The notes below the pieces were generated by a model, which ran no database searches, was not told the origin of the DNA, and worked only from the letters and a program-made list of their open reading frames with translations. A stretch of DNA of 64,000 nucleotides from contig OZ024743.1 of the NCBI GenBank assembly GCA_964016885.1, positions 296,546,001 to 296,610,000 on the forward strand, written 5' to 3'. Below are positions 14,401 through 28,500 of this stretch, piece after piece. This stretch comes from Eledone cirrhosa. Taxonomy: Eukaryota. Made by a program: the position numbers and the translations under genes. The stretch's first letter is position 1. Each line of letters begins with the position of its first letter.

Positions 14401-14990
14401 CGATGTGATGGGCAGGGTGATCCACTGGCACCTGTGCAAAGTAAACAATCTACCACATTCTGAGAAATGGTATGAGCATAGGCCAGAGGCGGTGATGGAG
14501 AACAGTCAGGTGAAGGTCCTGTGGGATTTTAGGATACAGACGGACAAAAAACTGGAACACAATAGACCTGACCTGGTGGTTGTGGACAAAGAAAAAAGAT
14601 CGTGCCTGATTGTGGATGTGGCCTGCCCGTTCGACACGAGAGTGCAAGAGAAGGAGAGGGAGAAAATTAACCGATACCAGGACCTAAAGTGGGAGGTGAA
14701 AAGGATTTGGAACTGCCATGAAGTCAAAGTGATCCCGATTGTCATAGGCGCACTGGGGACTATCTCCAAAGGTTTCCAGGGATGGTTAAAGAAAATCGGC
14801 CCCTTCACGCTTTTTGGAACGCTTCAAAAGGCATGCTTGCTTGGAACGGCAAGAACCCTCCGATACGTCCTGAATATCTGAGGCTGCAGGTAGTGGCTTG
14901 ATATTCAATCCAACGGACTTTCCAGTTAACCAACATCAATGACTGAGATTCAAGGAATAACAATAACAATAATAATAATAATAATAATAA
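11490..14990 (+). mobile_element. R4/Dong-clade non-LTR retrotransposon, near full length, with (TAA)n tail
   Basis: One reading frame broken by point stops (11631, 12813, 13343). RT motifs [25 protein letters not shown] and LFMDDLK; CCHC knuckle; RHD; restriction-like endonuclease RPDLV..DVACP..EKINRY. AAT repeats at 14956-14990. Confidence 0.92.
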
Positions 14991-16853
14991 TGCTTCCTTT
15001 ATTAACCACAAGGGTTTACACAAAGTAGACATTAAGGACAGTACAGGACAATACAGAACGGTACAAAAGGGCATTTCTGCGTGTAAAAAAAAAACAAAAA
15101 ACAGAGGATGTAATAATAGAACAATGAAAAAATTCCCCAATAGGGGGGAGACTTCCGAGGAACATTTGTGGAGAAAGCCCATTAAAAAGCCACAGTGACC
15201 CTGATCACCAGGGCAAGTGCCCTCTCCCAGTTTTCCACCTTCAATTTACAGGCATATACTCAGAGTATGTCCACTCACACGGGCCATTCTTGCCTCTCTC
15301 ACCCATCTTTCAACAAAAAGCTGGGAAGAGAGCACCTCCCTCTCTACCCTGATTTTCCTTTTCAATGAAATTGGAAAAAGTTACTCAGGGCATCACCGAA
15401 GAGGTAAGTGCTCGTCTTCAGCCCTTTCAGACGTGTCCACCATACTATTTCTTTCGCCATGGCCACCAGTCAGATAAAAACTGCCTGTTCTTCCCGGCTA
15501 AAGGAAGAGGGCGGGGAAATCCTCACAATGGACTCAGCTGATAGTCGGATCCGTTCTACACGCGACAGCAGGTGTTCGACATAAACCCACAAGTCAGCAA
15601 TGCTCGGACACTGGGCGAGTGCATGCAGGACGGTTTCGTCGCCCTGCTCGCATCTCGGACATGCCCGGCTGACGGCACCTCCATGCCTGTAGAGTTTATC
15701 CCGAACTGGCAAAGCTCCTCGGTAGCACTGCCAGGCCAGGGATTTCTGGAAGTTGTCCATAGGCCCCGGCCCGAAAGTTCTTCCAAAGAGATTGGCTAGT
15801 TGATTTTCGTCGACGCCTAGAGTTTCCCCAAGTACGTCGTCGCTCTTCCCCTCCACTAATCCTCTATAGAACGCCAAGATGGAGTTTCCACCGATCACAT
15901 TGCCCGATTGGTCGAGGGCTGTGAGCGCCTGAAGACATTCCAGTCTCCAAGCGCCCCCTCTCGGTCTTCGCTTGACCCAGGACTGCAGCTCCGTCAAGGA
16001 GATGAGCTGGGGAAAGACGCGTCTAACAAACGGCGACCACACCTGATCACCGTCGAAGAAGAAGTGTAGATGTCGTAGCCTGAGCGCGTGTCTGCGCATC
16101 ATTATCCATGGCAAGCCCAGCCCTCCACTAAGCGGGTGTTGACAGCAGATGGACCGCCTGACCATCGGAGCACGTCCCTTCCACAAAAATCGTAACAGCA
16201 AACGCTCCAGCGCAGTCAGGCGAGGCTTAGGACAAGGCACGATGGTCAGGCGGTAGTAGATGACGGACGCGATGTACGCGTTAGCCACCTCCGCTCGACC
16301 TTTCAGGGATAGCTTCCTCTCCGCCCATTTCTGGGTGAGAGAAGTCACCCTGCTCGTCACCTCGTCCCAGTTTTTGTCCGTCTGGGGGTCCGGACCGAAC
16401 CAGACCCCTAGCAATTTAACGGGTCCGTCCGTCCAGCGCCCGACGACGCTGTTGGACGGTATGGACCTGCCTCTCCAGGTGCCGAGCTGCAGGTCCACTG
16501 ACTTTTCCTGGTTGATCATTGCTCCTGTCACCGCTTCGTATTCTCTTAGTGTAGTGCCGATCGCCTCGATGTGTTTCTCGTTCGACACCACTACGGTGAC
16601 ATCGTCCGCATATGCTGACACGGATCTTCCGCATCCTAGTTCGCGCGGGACCCCTCTCAACGTCTCCAGTTTGTGCAGTAATGGCTCGAGAGTCAATACA
16701 TACAATAGGGACGAGAGGCGACATCCTTGGCGGACCGATCGCATGATGTTGACCGGTTCCGAAAGGTGACCGTCGACTCTCACCACAGAGCAGATGTCGC
16801 TGTGCATGGTAGCGATCCAGCCTCTGAAGACGGGCCCAAAGTCAACCGCCCTC
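14991..16853 (-). mobile_element. 5'-truncated Tx1/L1-clade LINE
   Basis: ORF 15470-16927 with SVRQGC, AYADDVT, KLLGVWF and C-terminal ACPRC..ETVLHAL..C. AATAAA lies at the 3' end near 15000. Confidence 0.9.
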
Positions 16854-17801
16854 AGGAGCCAATGCACAGAATGTGCTGAAGGAGAGGACAATAGACCAGA
16901 GGATGTCCAAGGAGGAAATAACAACAAGGAGAAAGAGCAACCCTCATGAAAAATCCCTTCATAGTACCTTCTTTGAGAAAACTGAATTCAGAGATCCACA
17001 GACATGGAACTGGTTGAAAAGAGGAGACCTTAAAAAGGCTACAGAAGGAATGCTAATGGCTGCGCAAGAGCAGGCCCTCAAATCGAAGTGGCTGAAACAC
17101 CATATTTACAAGGAGGAGGCTAGCCCACTGTGCCGGATCTGTGGAGAGAGAGGGGAGACTGTGGCTCACATTGTATCCGAGTGTAAACACCTAGCCCAGA
17201 CTCACTATAAAGGCTGGAGACATGATGTGATGGGCTGGGTGATCCACTGCCACCTATGCAAAGTTAACAATTTACCACATTCTGAGAAGTGGTATGAGCA
17301 TAAGCCAGAGTCGGTGATAGAAAACGATCAGGTGAAGGTGCTGTGGGATTTTAGGATACAGACGGACAAGAAACTGGAACACAATAGACCTGACCTGGTG
17401 GTTTTGGACAAGGACAAAAGATCGTGCCTGATTCTGGATGTGGCCTGCCCATTCGACACGAGAGTGCAAGAGAAGGATAGGGAGAAAATTAACCGATACC
17501 AGGACTTAAAGTGGGAGGTAAAAAGGATTTGGAACTGCCATGAAGTCAAAGTGGTCCCGATTGTCATAGGCGCACTAGGTACTATCTCAAAGAGTTTCCA
17601 GGGATGGTTAAAGAAAATTGGCCCCGCCCCGCTTTTTGGAACACTTCAAAAGGCATGCTTGCTGGGAACAGCAAGAACCCTCCGATACGTCCTGAATATC
17701 TGAGGCTGCAGGTAGTGGCTTGATATTCATTTCAACAAACTTTCCAGTTAACCAACATGGATGACTGAGACTCAAAGAACAATAATAAAAATAATAATAA
17801 T
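16854..17801 (+). mobile_element. 5'-truncated second R4/Dong copy
   Basis: Closely matches 14030-14960 (zinc knuckle, endonuclease, 3' UTR) and ends in (TAA)n. Confidence 0.92.
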
Positions 17802-20200
17802 AATTATTATTATTATTATTTCTTTATTGGCCACAAGAGCTGACATCAAGAAAAACATTACAGACGGCACAGGACGGTACAGGACGGTACGATGTGGGTT
17901 TTGTGCGTGTAAATATTTTTATTATTTATATAAGAAAAGAAAAAAAAGACATAGAAACATATATATATATAAACAATAAAAATGAAAATTGAAACAATTA
18001 AAAATTCCCCAATAGGGGGGAAACCTCCGAGGGTTACTCGTGGCGAAAACCACACAAAAGACCACGGCCACTCTGACCACCAGGGCAAGCACCCTCTCTC
18101 AATTTTTCCATTTCTCAAACTACAGGCGTATATTCAGAGCGGTCCCGTTCACTCGGGCCATTCTCGCTACATTCACCCACCTTTCAACAAACTTGCTAGA
18201 AGACAGCACTTGCCTCTCCACTCTGATTTTCCACTTCAAGTGAAACTTGAAAAAGTTAATTAGGGATTCACCGAAGAGGAAAGTATCTGTCTTTAAGTCT
18301 TTCAACCTTATCCACCACACAATCTCTTTCGCCATGGCCACCAGGCAGATGAAAACCGCCTGCCCTTCCTCCTCGAAGGAAGACGTCGAGACCATCTGCA
18401 CAATGGACTCAGTCGATAACCGGATTGGTCCTACACGCGACAGCAACTGTTCGACATAGCTCCACAAGTCAGCAATGCTCGGGAACTGAACGAGTGCGTG
18501 CACGACGGTTTCGTCGCTCTGCACGCATCTCGGACAGGCTCGTCTGACGGCACTTCCGTGCCTGTAGAGCTTATCTCGAACCGGCAAAGCTCCCCGGTAG
18601 CACTGTCAGGCCAGGGATTTTTGGAAGTTATCCATAGGCCCTGGGCTGAAAGTTCTCCGGAAGAGAGCAAACAGCTGATCTTCTTCGACGCCCAGGATCT
18701 CTCCGAAAACGTCGTCGCTCTTCCCCTCCACTAGTCCTCTATAGAACGCCGAGGTGGATGTTCCACCGATACTGGTGCCCAGCTGACAGAGGGCAGTGAG
18801 CGCCTGGAGACATTCCAGTTTCCAAGCGCTATCCCTCGGTCTTTTCCTGGCCCAGGACTGCAGCTCCGTCAAGGATACGAGCTGTGGGAAAACGTGCCTG
18901 GCGAACGGCGACCACACCTGTTCACCGTCAAGAAAGCACCAGAGATGTCGCAACCTCAGCGCATGTTTATGCATCATCAGCCATGGCATGCCCAGTCCTC
19001 TACGCAACGAGTGTTGACAGCAGATGGATCGTCTGACCAAGGGAGTAAGTCCCTTTCACAAAAAGCGGAAGAGGAAGCGCTCCATTTTGGTGAGAGATGG
19101 GCCAGGGCAAGGGACGACGGTGAGGCGGTAGTAGATGACGGATGCGATGTACGCATTCGCCACCTCCGCCCGGCCTTTCAGGCACAGCTTCCTCTCGGCC
19201 CATTTCTGGGTGAGGGAGGCCACCTTGCTCGTCACCTCGCTCCATATTTTCTCCATCTGGAGGTCCCAACGCCCCACGACGCTGTCGGACGGCATGGACT
19301 TGTCTCTCCAGGTGCCGAGCTGCAAGCCCACCGACTTTTCCTGGTTTATCTTTGCTCCTGCCACCGCTTCGTATTCCTTGAGAGCGGTGCCGAGCATCTG
19401 GACGTGTCTGGTTCTCGACACCACCACGGTGACGTCGTCGGCGTAAGCCGATTCGGATTTCCCGCATCCTAGTTCGCGTGGGACGCCCCTCATCGCCCCC
19501 AGTTTGTGCAGTAACGGCTCGAGAGCCAATACGTACAAGTGGGACGAGAGGGGACAACCCTGGCGGACCGAGCGCATGATGCTGAACGTCTGCGACAGGT
19601 GACCGTTCACTCTCACAACTGAGCAGATGTCGCTGTACATTGCAGCGATCCAACCCCTGAAAACGGGCTCGAAACTGGCTGCCTCCAGGACCGCCGCCAG
19701 GTACCGATGGTCGACTCTATCGAATGCTTTGGATTGATCCAAGTTGATCAGGGCGCCACCCGTGCCAGGTTCCTTAACCACCCTCTCTACGATGTATCGC
19801 ATGAGGTGGAGGTTGTCATGTATGGATCTGTCCGGAATGGCGCATGTCTGCGCCTCTCCCACCAGACTCCCGACGACAAGCGCCAACCTCGTTGCTAACA
19901 CCTTGGCCAAAATCTTGAACTCTGCGTTTAGCAGGATTATGGGCCTGAAGTTATCGATAACATCCCCCTTGTTCGGGTATTTTCTCAGCAGTGCCACCGC
20001 TTCCCGGCTCACAAAACTGGGAATGCTCCCGTTCTGCTGCCAGTTGCAGTAGACTTCTGCCAAGAGGTCACCGAACAAGTCTGGCATAAATGCATAAACT
20101 CGTAGGGCAGACCATCCAAACCTGGCGATTTACCCCTCGTGCAGTTAGCCATCGCTTCCCGTATTTCACCGGCTGTTATTGGCTGTTCGCAACAGTGTGC
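17802..20200 (-). mobile_element. 5'-truncated Tx1/L1-clade LINE, second subfamily
   Basis: GKSPGLDGLPYEF, NFRPIILLN, LDQSKAFDRV, SVRQGCPLS and AYADDVT across broken ORFs. AATAAA followed by an (AAT)n tail. Confidence 0.92.
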
Positions 20201-20436
20201 AGACACGCTGCCTACTGCGCTACCGAGGCAGTTTATAAAACAGAGTAATAATAAGTGGAGAAATAAGGAGATTGGGTGAAATATATGAAAAACGTGTGGG
20301 ACAGAATTCATCGTAAGTAGAATGAAATGCTATGAGTATCAATTTGTACTTACAGACACATGCACATTCATGCACCCACGTGCACGTATATATATAAATA
20401 TATAATACATTATATATATATATATAATACATTAAA

Positions 20437-20755
20437 GGCAGCAGATTGGCAGTATCGGTAGAGGGTCGGACGCCATGCTTTCCAGCATAGTTACGTCCCT
20501 TTACGATCTGAGTTCAAATCCCGCCGAGGTTGACTTTGCTTTTCATCATTACGGGGTCGATAAAATAAAGTACCAGTAATGCACTGGGTAACTGCTGGCC
20601 TTGTGCCTAAAGTATAAACAATTATATATATATATATGCATGTGGCTGAGTGGTTAGATAATTGGATTTGCAATCGTGAGGTTGTGAGTCCGATTGCCGG
20701 ACCAGGCGATGCGTTATGTCCTTGAACAAGACATGTTATTTCACGTTGCTCCTTC
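20437..20755 (+). mobile_element. Two adjacent tRNA-derived SINE fragments (OR-like, then OK/CORE-like)
   Basis: GAGTTCAAATCCC B box with GACTTTGCTTTTCATC body, then a second head TGGCTGAGTGGTTAG at 20643. Related copies lie near 23400, 38400, 39040 and 41110. Confidence 0.65.
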
Positions 20756-20969
20756 TACCTGGATTTGCGACCGATAGATTGTATTAGCAATTGGAAAGAC
20801 CAATGGAAACATTGTTTCCTCGGTCCGATTTGACGAAAGTCGATCGTTTCTTTATATATACATACACATATACCCACATATAGATATACACATACATATA
20901 TACACATAGACATATATATATACTTATATATAAACATATACATACATATATATATACATATATATGCTT

Positions 20970-21046
<77 letters not shown>

Positions 21047-21112
21047 AGTATATATGTATATACACATATGTATATGTGTATATACATATGTATATATGTA
21101 TATACACATATG

Positions 21113-21142
<30 letters not shown>

Positions 21143-21147
<5 letters not shown>

Positions 21148-21682
21148 TCAGGTTTGAGGTTCACCACTGTATAGAGCTGGTCTATTCCGTATGGTCAATC
21201 GTAATGCAATAATATAGAGAGTACTCAACGTAAAGCAGTTCAACCGTCTTTGTTTTTGTAGTTGGTGGTGCTATTACGGAGTTAAATATTATAATGAAAT
21301 GACAGGAGGCTGGATTTGTGTAAATCCTTGAAAGGTTTATTATACTATGATCATTTCAATGACCGGGTTCCGTATGAATCCGGTGATATCATCAGGTATT
21401 CGAAATATAATACGTGAATGTAATAGGTAAAATCCATGGGGCTGAAAATCGAGACCCGATTTTCAGGGCGACCGGCTGAGGTTGAAGGAACAGAATAGCG
21501 GTCGCCCTCGGGTCTCGATTTTCAGCCCCATGGATTTTACCTATTACATTCACGTATTATATTTCGAATACCTGATGATATCACCGGATTCATACGGAAC
21601 CCGGTCATTGAAATGATCATAGTATAATAAACCTTTCAAGGATTTACACAAATCCAGCCTCCTGTCATTTCATTATAATATT
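21143..21682. mobile_element. TA-flanked palindromic element with a hammerhead in each arm
   Basis: ~175-bp inverted arms at 21285-21459 and 21508-21682, with a nested AGGGCGACCG/CGGTCGCCCT stem in the spacer. Confidence 0.9.
21568..21625 (+). ncRNA. Minimal type I hammerhead (mirror copy 21342-21399, minus)
   Basis: atac-CTGATGA-(stem II accgg/ccggt)-GAAA-TGATCA-TA-gtat. Confidence 0.8.
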
Positions 21683-21870
21683 ATATATATATATATATAC
21701 ATGTGTATATATATATATATATGTATATACATATATATATATACATAGATATATATATAGAGAGATACATAGATATATATAGAGATACATATATATATAT
21801 ATAGATACATAGATATATAGAGAGATACATATATATATAGATACATATATATGGATACATATATATATGG

Positions 21871-21903
<33 letters not shown>

Positions 21904-21918
21904 GATACATATATATAG

Positions 21919-21977
<59 letters not shown>

Positions 21978-21985
21978 TATATATA

Positions 21986-22055
<70 letters not shown>

Positions 22056-22078
22056 CTATATATATAATATATATATAA

Positions 22079-22419
<341 letters not shown>

Positions 22420-22471
22420 TATATAAATATATATATAAATATATATATAATATATATATATAAATATATAT

Positions 22472-22553
<82 letters not shown>

Positions 22554-25500
22554 TGGCTGCCAACTCGTTTTCGAGTACGGCCACTACTTTATATCCATGT
22601 AGGAGAACCCCTACCGATGCGCTGAATGAGTGTGACTTTTTTGTCCAGCCAGCGACTTGAACACTCTGGTACAAACACTACACTTGTGACAATTATTGAC
22701 ACATAGTGCTAGGCCCATGGTACCATGTGATGACAAGTGCAGAGAGATCTCCAGATATAAAGCAATGCCTGTGCCGTGAAGCTTTTATAGTGAGCAAAGG
22801 CACTGCACAAAGCCAGTCCCACTCTCTTAACCAAGATGATATTTACCAAAAAGAAGAACAAGTCAACATCATTGGATACCATCAGGGTTGCAGGTGTTAT
22901 ATCAGAATTTTCCTTCTCCTAGAATTCTGCCTTGACAAGGCTAAGGGGTCATCTCTCCCGTTGATTTTGGATGGCCATTGACTCTTAAGAGCTCCTTTGC
23001 CCTTTGCCTATACATATATATACATATACATATACATGCACATACATATATATGCACATACATATATATGGACATACATATATATGCACATACATAAATA
23101 TACACATACATATATACATCCATGTGTGTGTGTGATAATATATATTCGTGTGCGTTTGTGTATGTGTACACTTTCATTTAAATGTATATGTATGTGTGCG
23201 TTTTATTCAAATCACGACTATATGTGCTAGTTTTATCCATGATCAACCGTTCTAGAATTTCATAATCGCATCTAAACTCTGAGAAGTGTTGTTGGCTTCT
23301 GTGCAGCCTCTTTTCATTTATATACACCTTAAAGATAATTTTTGTATTTTTAATAAATGTAATATTTGATGAGTTGTTAGATTGACGGAAAGATTTTTTT
23401 TTTGCGGCATTCGTTTCGGCTCTCTACTCCCTAAGTTCAAATCCCACCGAAATCAACTTTGCCATTCATCCATTTGAGGACGATAAAAATACCAGACTTG
23501 TATCGATTCTTCCTCTAAGCCTAAGCCTCTTTATGACTTCCATTCTCTTGAAAAAATCCACTGTATTCAGACCTAGGGAGGAGATGGGCTCCGCCAGATT
23601 TAAAAATGCCCTACAAACGCCGTATGTCAATACGGCTCCCTTAAGACTTCCTTACGACTATGCATGAATGCAGTGTCTGATGAATATGTTGCATTGTATC
23701 TGTGCATATATTCATCTGCGACTTGGTCTATTAGCCTCTAAGAAAATCTGTTGTTAATCAGTGTCTGTTTTATTCTGTATATTTGTTCATCTGGTGTTTC
23801 GTTTGTGAAGGATCATCAAGATTCTTTTCTAAGTAAGGCTTTTCCGGTTGATATTTTGTAGTTGTGTGGATATTTTTTTATATCTTTCGTGTACGCAAAC
23901 GTAACCGATCGATCAATGACAAAGTATTAAAAATCAGCTTTAAATATTGTATAGTATAGACACTGGGACTGAAGCGTGATAGATCTAAAGAATCAAATAT
24001 AGCATTTCCTATGACAAATCTCTGTAATTTTCTTTGAGAAAGGCGTACACATATTGAAACACAGAACCAAGAAGACGGTTATTCCTTTGGATAATATTCC
24101 ACATGTCAACTGTGGAATCAAAGCAGAAATAATTATCTAGTATTTATTTACAGTGTGTTATAGATAGAAACTATAATATTGTTCATGAATTGCAAATTAA
24201 GGTTTTCATGCTTTCTTGTAACACAATAACTTAGCAACATGCAGATTAAACGAACGAGAAACACTCTGTGTTGTTGTTCGGGCTGCTAGAAATAGTAACC
24301 AAATCTTCCTTAAATCAAACCACCAACGTCTTCGAAAAAGAAAAACTTATTCGATGATATAGCTTTAGATACATACTGGGAGAAAGAATGATATGTTTCT
24401 ACTGACTTGCCTTTCGTTATAGGTCAGATAAATCAGGCTGATCGGAAGTTAGGCAGCGGCAACAATAACAACAATATCCAAAACAGTAATAGTCATGTAT
24501 ATTATACTGCAACGAAAAAAGATTTCGTTGAATCAATTTGCCTTTAAAAGATAGATTGAGACTAGATCTGTCATTGAGCAAAGTAACATCTTCAAGAAAC
24601 GAGTTGTTGAGAAGCAGTCACACAATTGTTTCTTTGACAACGGTAATACACTGGAATAAATTAAATCTATAGACAGTTTTGTGAGAGAAGTCAAGAACAA
24701 AAGCTGAAAGATGAATTTATCTTTGAACCAGGAATAGCAGACTATATATTCATCAATATATAAATTGAAATTACATAGATTTGTCCTGTTGCTTGAAAAT
24801 AAATTTCTAACAGATGATAGAGCCATGATACCAAACGAGTTTCTGTCAGCATTAATTTCGTTGATACAATTCTTGGTTCATGACTATCTGATTTTATCAA
24901 CTTTATTGAAGAAATAAAGGAATTAAGTTTATTGAGTTGTCATAGAGTCATCAGAATAAAGATAAATTTAACATCAACTATTACTTCTAATAAGCTCTTT
25001 TTAGAATGAAAAAGTTTTAGTGTTTAAACTTTATTATTAATACCCTTTATTAGAAAGAAACGAATATTGTTCATTTTAATGAATTTAAATAAAAGGCAAT
25101 AATTGGAGGATTTATATGTATGATTTTACATTCATTTTGACATGAAATAAAAGATATTGATAGCCATACTTTGGAGATTGTGGACTAGAGCAAAGCGTAT
25201 AGAGAAAATAATGGCATATGAGAATTAAAACGAGATGTAAGTGATACTCAGAGATTTGTTACAAGAAAACGAATAAATTCTTTTCTAACTCAATGCTGAG
25301 CTTGGAAAGAATATGTCATTTTGAATTTTAAACACATTTACAGTCATGTCTATTATTTGCAGAGGCAAAAAGAAACAAAACAGATCCAAGATAATATTTT
25401 TTTACGAATCACAGAGGAATCGTTTAAATTATAACTATAATCTACGCAATTATTAATAATCTACGTTCCTAGAATGTCTTTAAAAAAATTAAAAAATAAA

Positions 25501-28500
25501 TGCTGATATTTTCAATATGATATGAAGAAATGGGATATGTGAAGTATTAATTCCAAATTCTTTTAGAAGATCCTGAAACAGCATTGTCTTACTGACTATA
25601 TATTTGCTTCGGTGTGTATTAAAATCAATACATATAAAGAAAATATTCTAACAAGATTATGTATAAAAATTTAGGCCATTGACTCAAACATCTATGATGA
25701 CTCGCAGAATTACTCTCTGCATTTTGTTCTTCTTAATCTTTATTTATTTTGAGTAACGTGCTAAGAATGTTTACATTTTAAATATTTCTGCAATGATGGT
25801 GGATCTTCCATCGGTTTTAATGATGATTATTCGGTTTTACGATCAACTGAATATCTAGCTCGGGAATCAAATGTTAATAGGTTAAGTATACACATGTTTC
25901 CTTAATGTAATTACTAAACCGTATCAATGTAACACAGCGTATCACAAGGCTGGACCTTTGAATTACAGAAATAGTCTATCTGATGGACTTCCACACAGTT
26001 TCCCTCTACCAAATGTCACTCTCAAGACATAGATCAACCCGTAGCTAAGATTGCTAAACTGGGATCAAATCCATAACATTAGGCGAACTCCTTAACCACT
26101 CATCCATACTTGCGTCCACTAATATACCGGTCGATAGCATAACAGAGTGGACCCCAAGATAATGGGGAAAAACTAGAGGGTGACGTGTCGAAGCACACCA
26201 CGCCGCCATTTGGGCGTCATCTGGATTCCCGGCAGCGGCGGACTCGAGACGCCGCTTCGACAGCGGGCACGCATCGGCGGTGGAGACGGCGGCGGCGGGC
26301 AGCGTTTCGAAGTACACCACGCCGCCGTTCGGCCGTCGTCTGAATTCCCGGCAGCGACGTGCAAGCACACGGGTCGGCGGCGGACTCGACACGCATCGGC
26401 AGCGGAACGCTTCGGCAGCGGACACGCATCGACGGCGGACACGCATCGGCGGCGGGCGTTAACATGCAGGCGGGGCGGACGAGGAGAAGTCGGCATATCG
26501 AGAGATCGCCGATAGCGCATAGGGTAAGCTGGCACGTACCCGTCTGGAAAACGGAAGAAACTCAAGCCGCAACGGATCGCACCATTATCCGTTTTCTTCG
26601 AGCTTGTCCGATCTAGCTTACCCTATAAAATAGACAGGACCCCTGACAACGCTGCAACAACCGTGAGCGGTCGTTTTCCACGCTGCTGACTCGCAACCTT
26701 ACGGGTCGGCGGCGGAACCGATACCATACCCCCAGATGGCTAGAGATAGGAAGCGGTGGAGATCAACCAGGAAGGGGTTTTCCAACAGGTGTGAGAAGGC
26801 CCTGGATTTGGATAGTTTGGTAACATGACAGCTTTAGCAGATATATAGTTGTGGAAATCAGATATATCACATTTGATTTGATATCTCTAACCATCTAGCC
26901 ATGCACAACTTGTATGGCAAATAATGGAACTGTAACGTTTATAATACATCTTAGTCACTTTCAACAGTACACAATTATTACACACAAGGAAACATATACT
27001 ATACTATACCTTCTATACACCTTCCCATAGTCTATACATGCTAGTCATCACAATCTGTCAAGATTTTCCGTGGTCACCACACATCTACTATACAGTAATG
27101 GTTACATGCCAAAATATAGTTACAACTATATAGCCAGAAAATCCATCATTTTTTAAATAGTTGTTAACTCAAAAAGTCACACACCTAGAGCTTGAACCAA
27201 CGTGGAAATCTAAGCCAACGATGAATTTTATAAGTAGTCACTCTATCTGCTAAAAATAGCAATGAAGTCTCATTTTACACCTTCTTGTTATTAAAAAAAA
27301 AAGCAGAAAGACTTCTTTGGAAATGTAATGTCTGATGCATGTGTTGCCTGTATTCATGTGTTTTATATGTTAGTATCTGTTATATTCTACAAAAAAAGAT
27401 GTAATAGTCACGGCTTGAATGTGTTTGATCATAAATCTGCTCGGTCAGGATTGATCTGGGGTTAAACATCTACGACAACATCAACAACAACAGCATCAAT
27501 ACAGATACCAAACTCAGCTGTTAGACGAACCCCCACTGACCAAAAGACAGCAACGATTAACCTACCAAAGTTGTTTATCCTCATTCTGTCTCTTTTACTA
27601 TAACTACTCTGAACTTTAAAACTTAAAAGCTTTCTCGAGCTCAAAGTCTCGTCAAGCAGGAGCTTTTCACGGTTTCTGGAAGTACAGTTCTCTGGAAGGA
27701 ATGCCTGTATATTACATGTTTGTTTCCCAGCTAGAGCTATTACTCATTTTTTTTTCAGGTGAGATGAACAAAGCAACTTGAAATGAAGTGTCTTGCTCAA
27801 GAATGCACACGCTGTCCCAGCCGAGAATCAAATCCTTGAATTTAAGATCTTGACCACTCCTGCATATACTCTATTCCTTACAAGTGTTCTCTTGCTGAAA
27901 CTCTGTATCTACATTTTCCCACTTAAATGATAGATTTAATTAGTCACTCGGTTTAATTTGACGCTTGGGTGCCTTAGGTAGACACCAATTTGTTTCAAGC
28001 ATTCAAGCCAGGTCACTGATTCTACTGTGCTTTGCTCTCTCCCTCCCTACAATCTCAGATGCTGTGAAAAAAATCAAAAGGCCACAGGCTCTCCTCTTCT
28101 TCTTGACTAAACGAAAAAAAATTAATTTCTACTCAAACATCAACTGGCAAGAAAGCAATGCGAACATTCAACTTCACCAGCCTGGTAAGACTTGTTAGTC
28201 TCTAGAATTGGGCTCCTCGTTTTCTCCTTCTCCTCCTGCTTCTGAGACATTAGATTTTGAATTTTTTAAAATACATTTTTCTTATTATAAAACTCATTTC
28301 ACAAGCATATCCTTCCGAGATTAAAATATTTTTCTTGTTACTGTTACAATCTAAGCAGATCTGTAAAATATGCATTCTAAATTAACTATTCTAAATTAAA
28401 TATAATGGAACGACCAAAATAATAATCCAAATCGCTGAATCTATGGAATAATTCCTATTATTATAAATAATTCCCAACAGTATTAATGTGCTAAGCAGCT

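Noticed and set aside
16873-16927. Overlapping bidirectional genes
   Set aside because: The overlap is read-through across the junction of two truncated LINEs.
24533-24826. 97-aa ORF as a host exon
   Set aside because: No recognisable domain or supportable splice structure.
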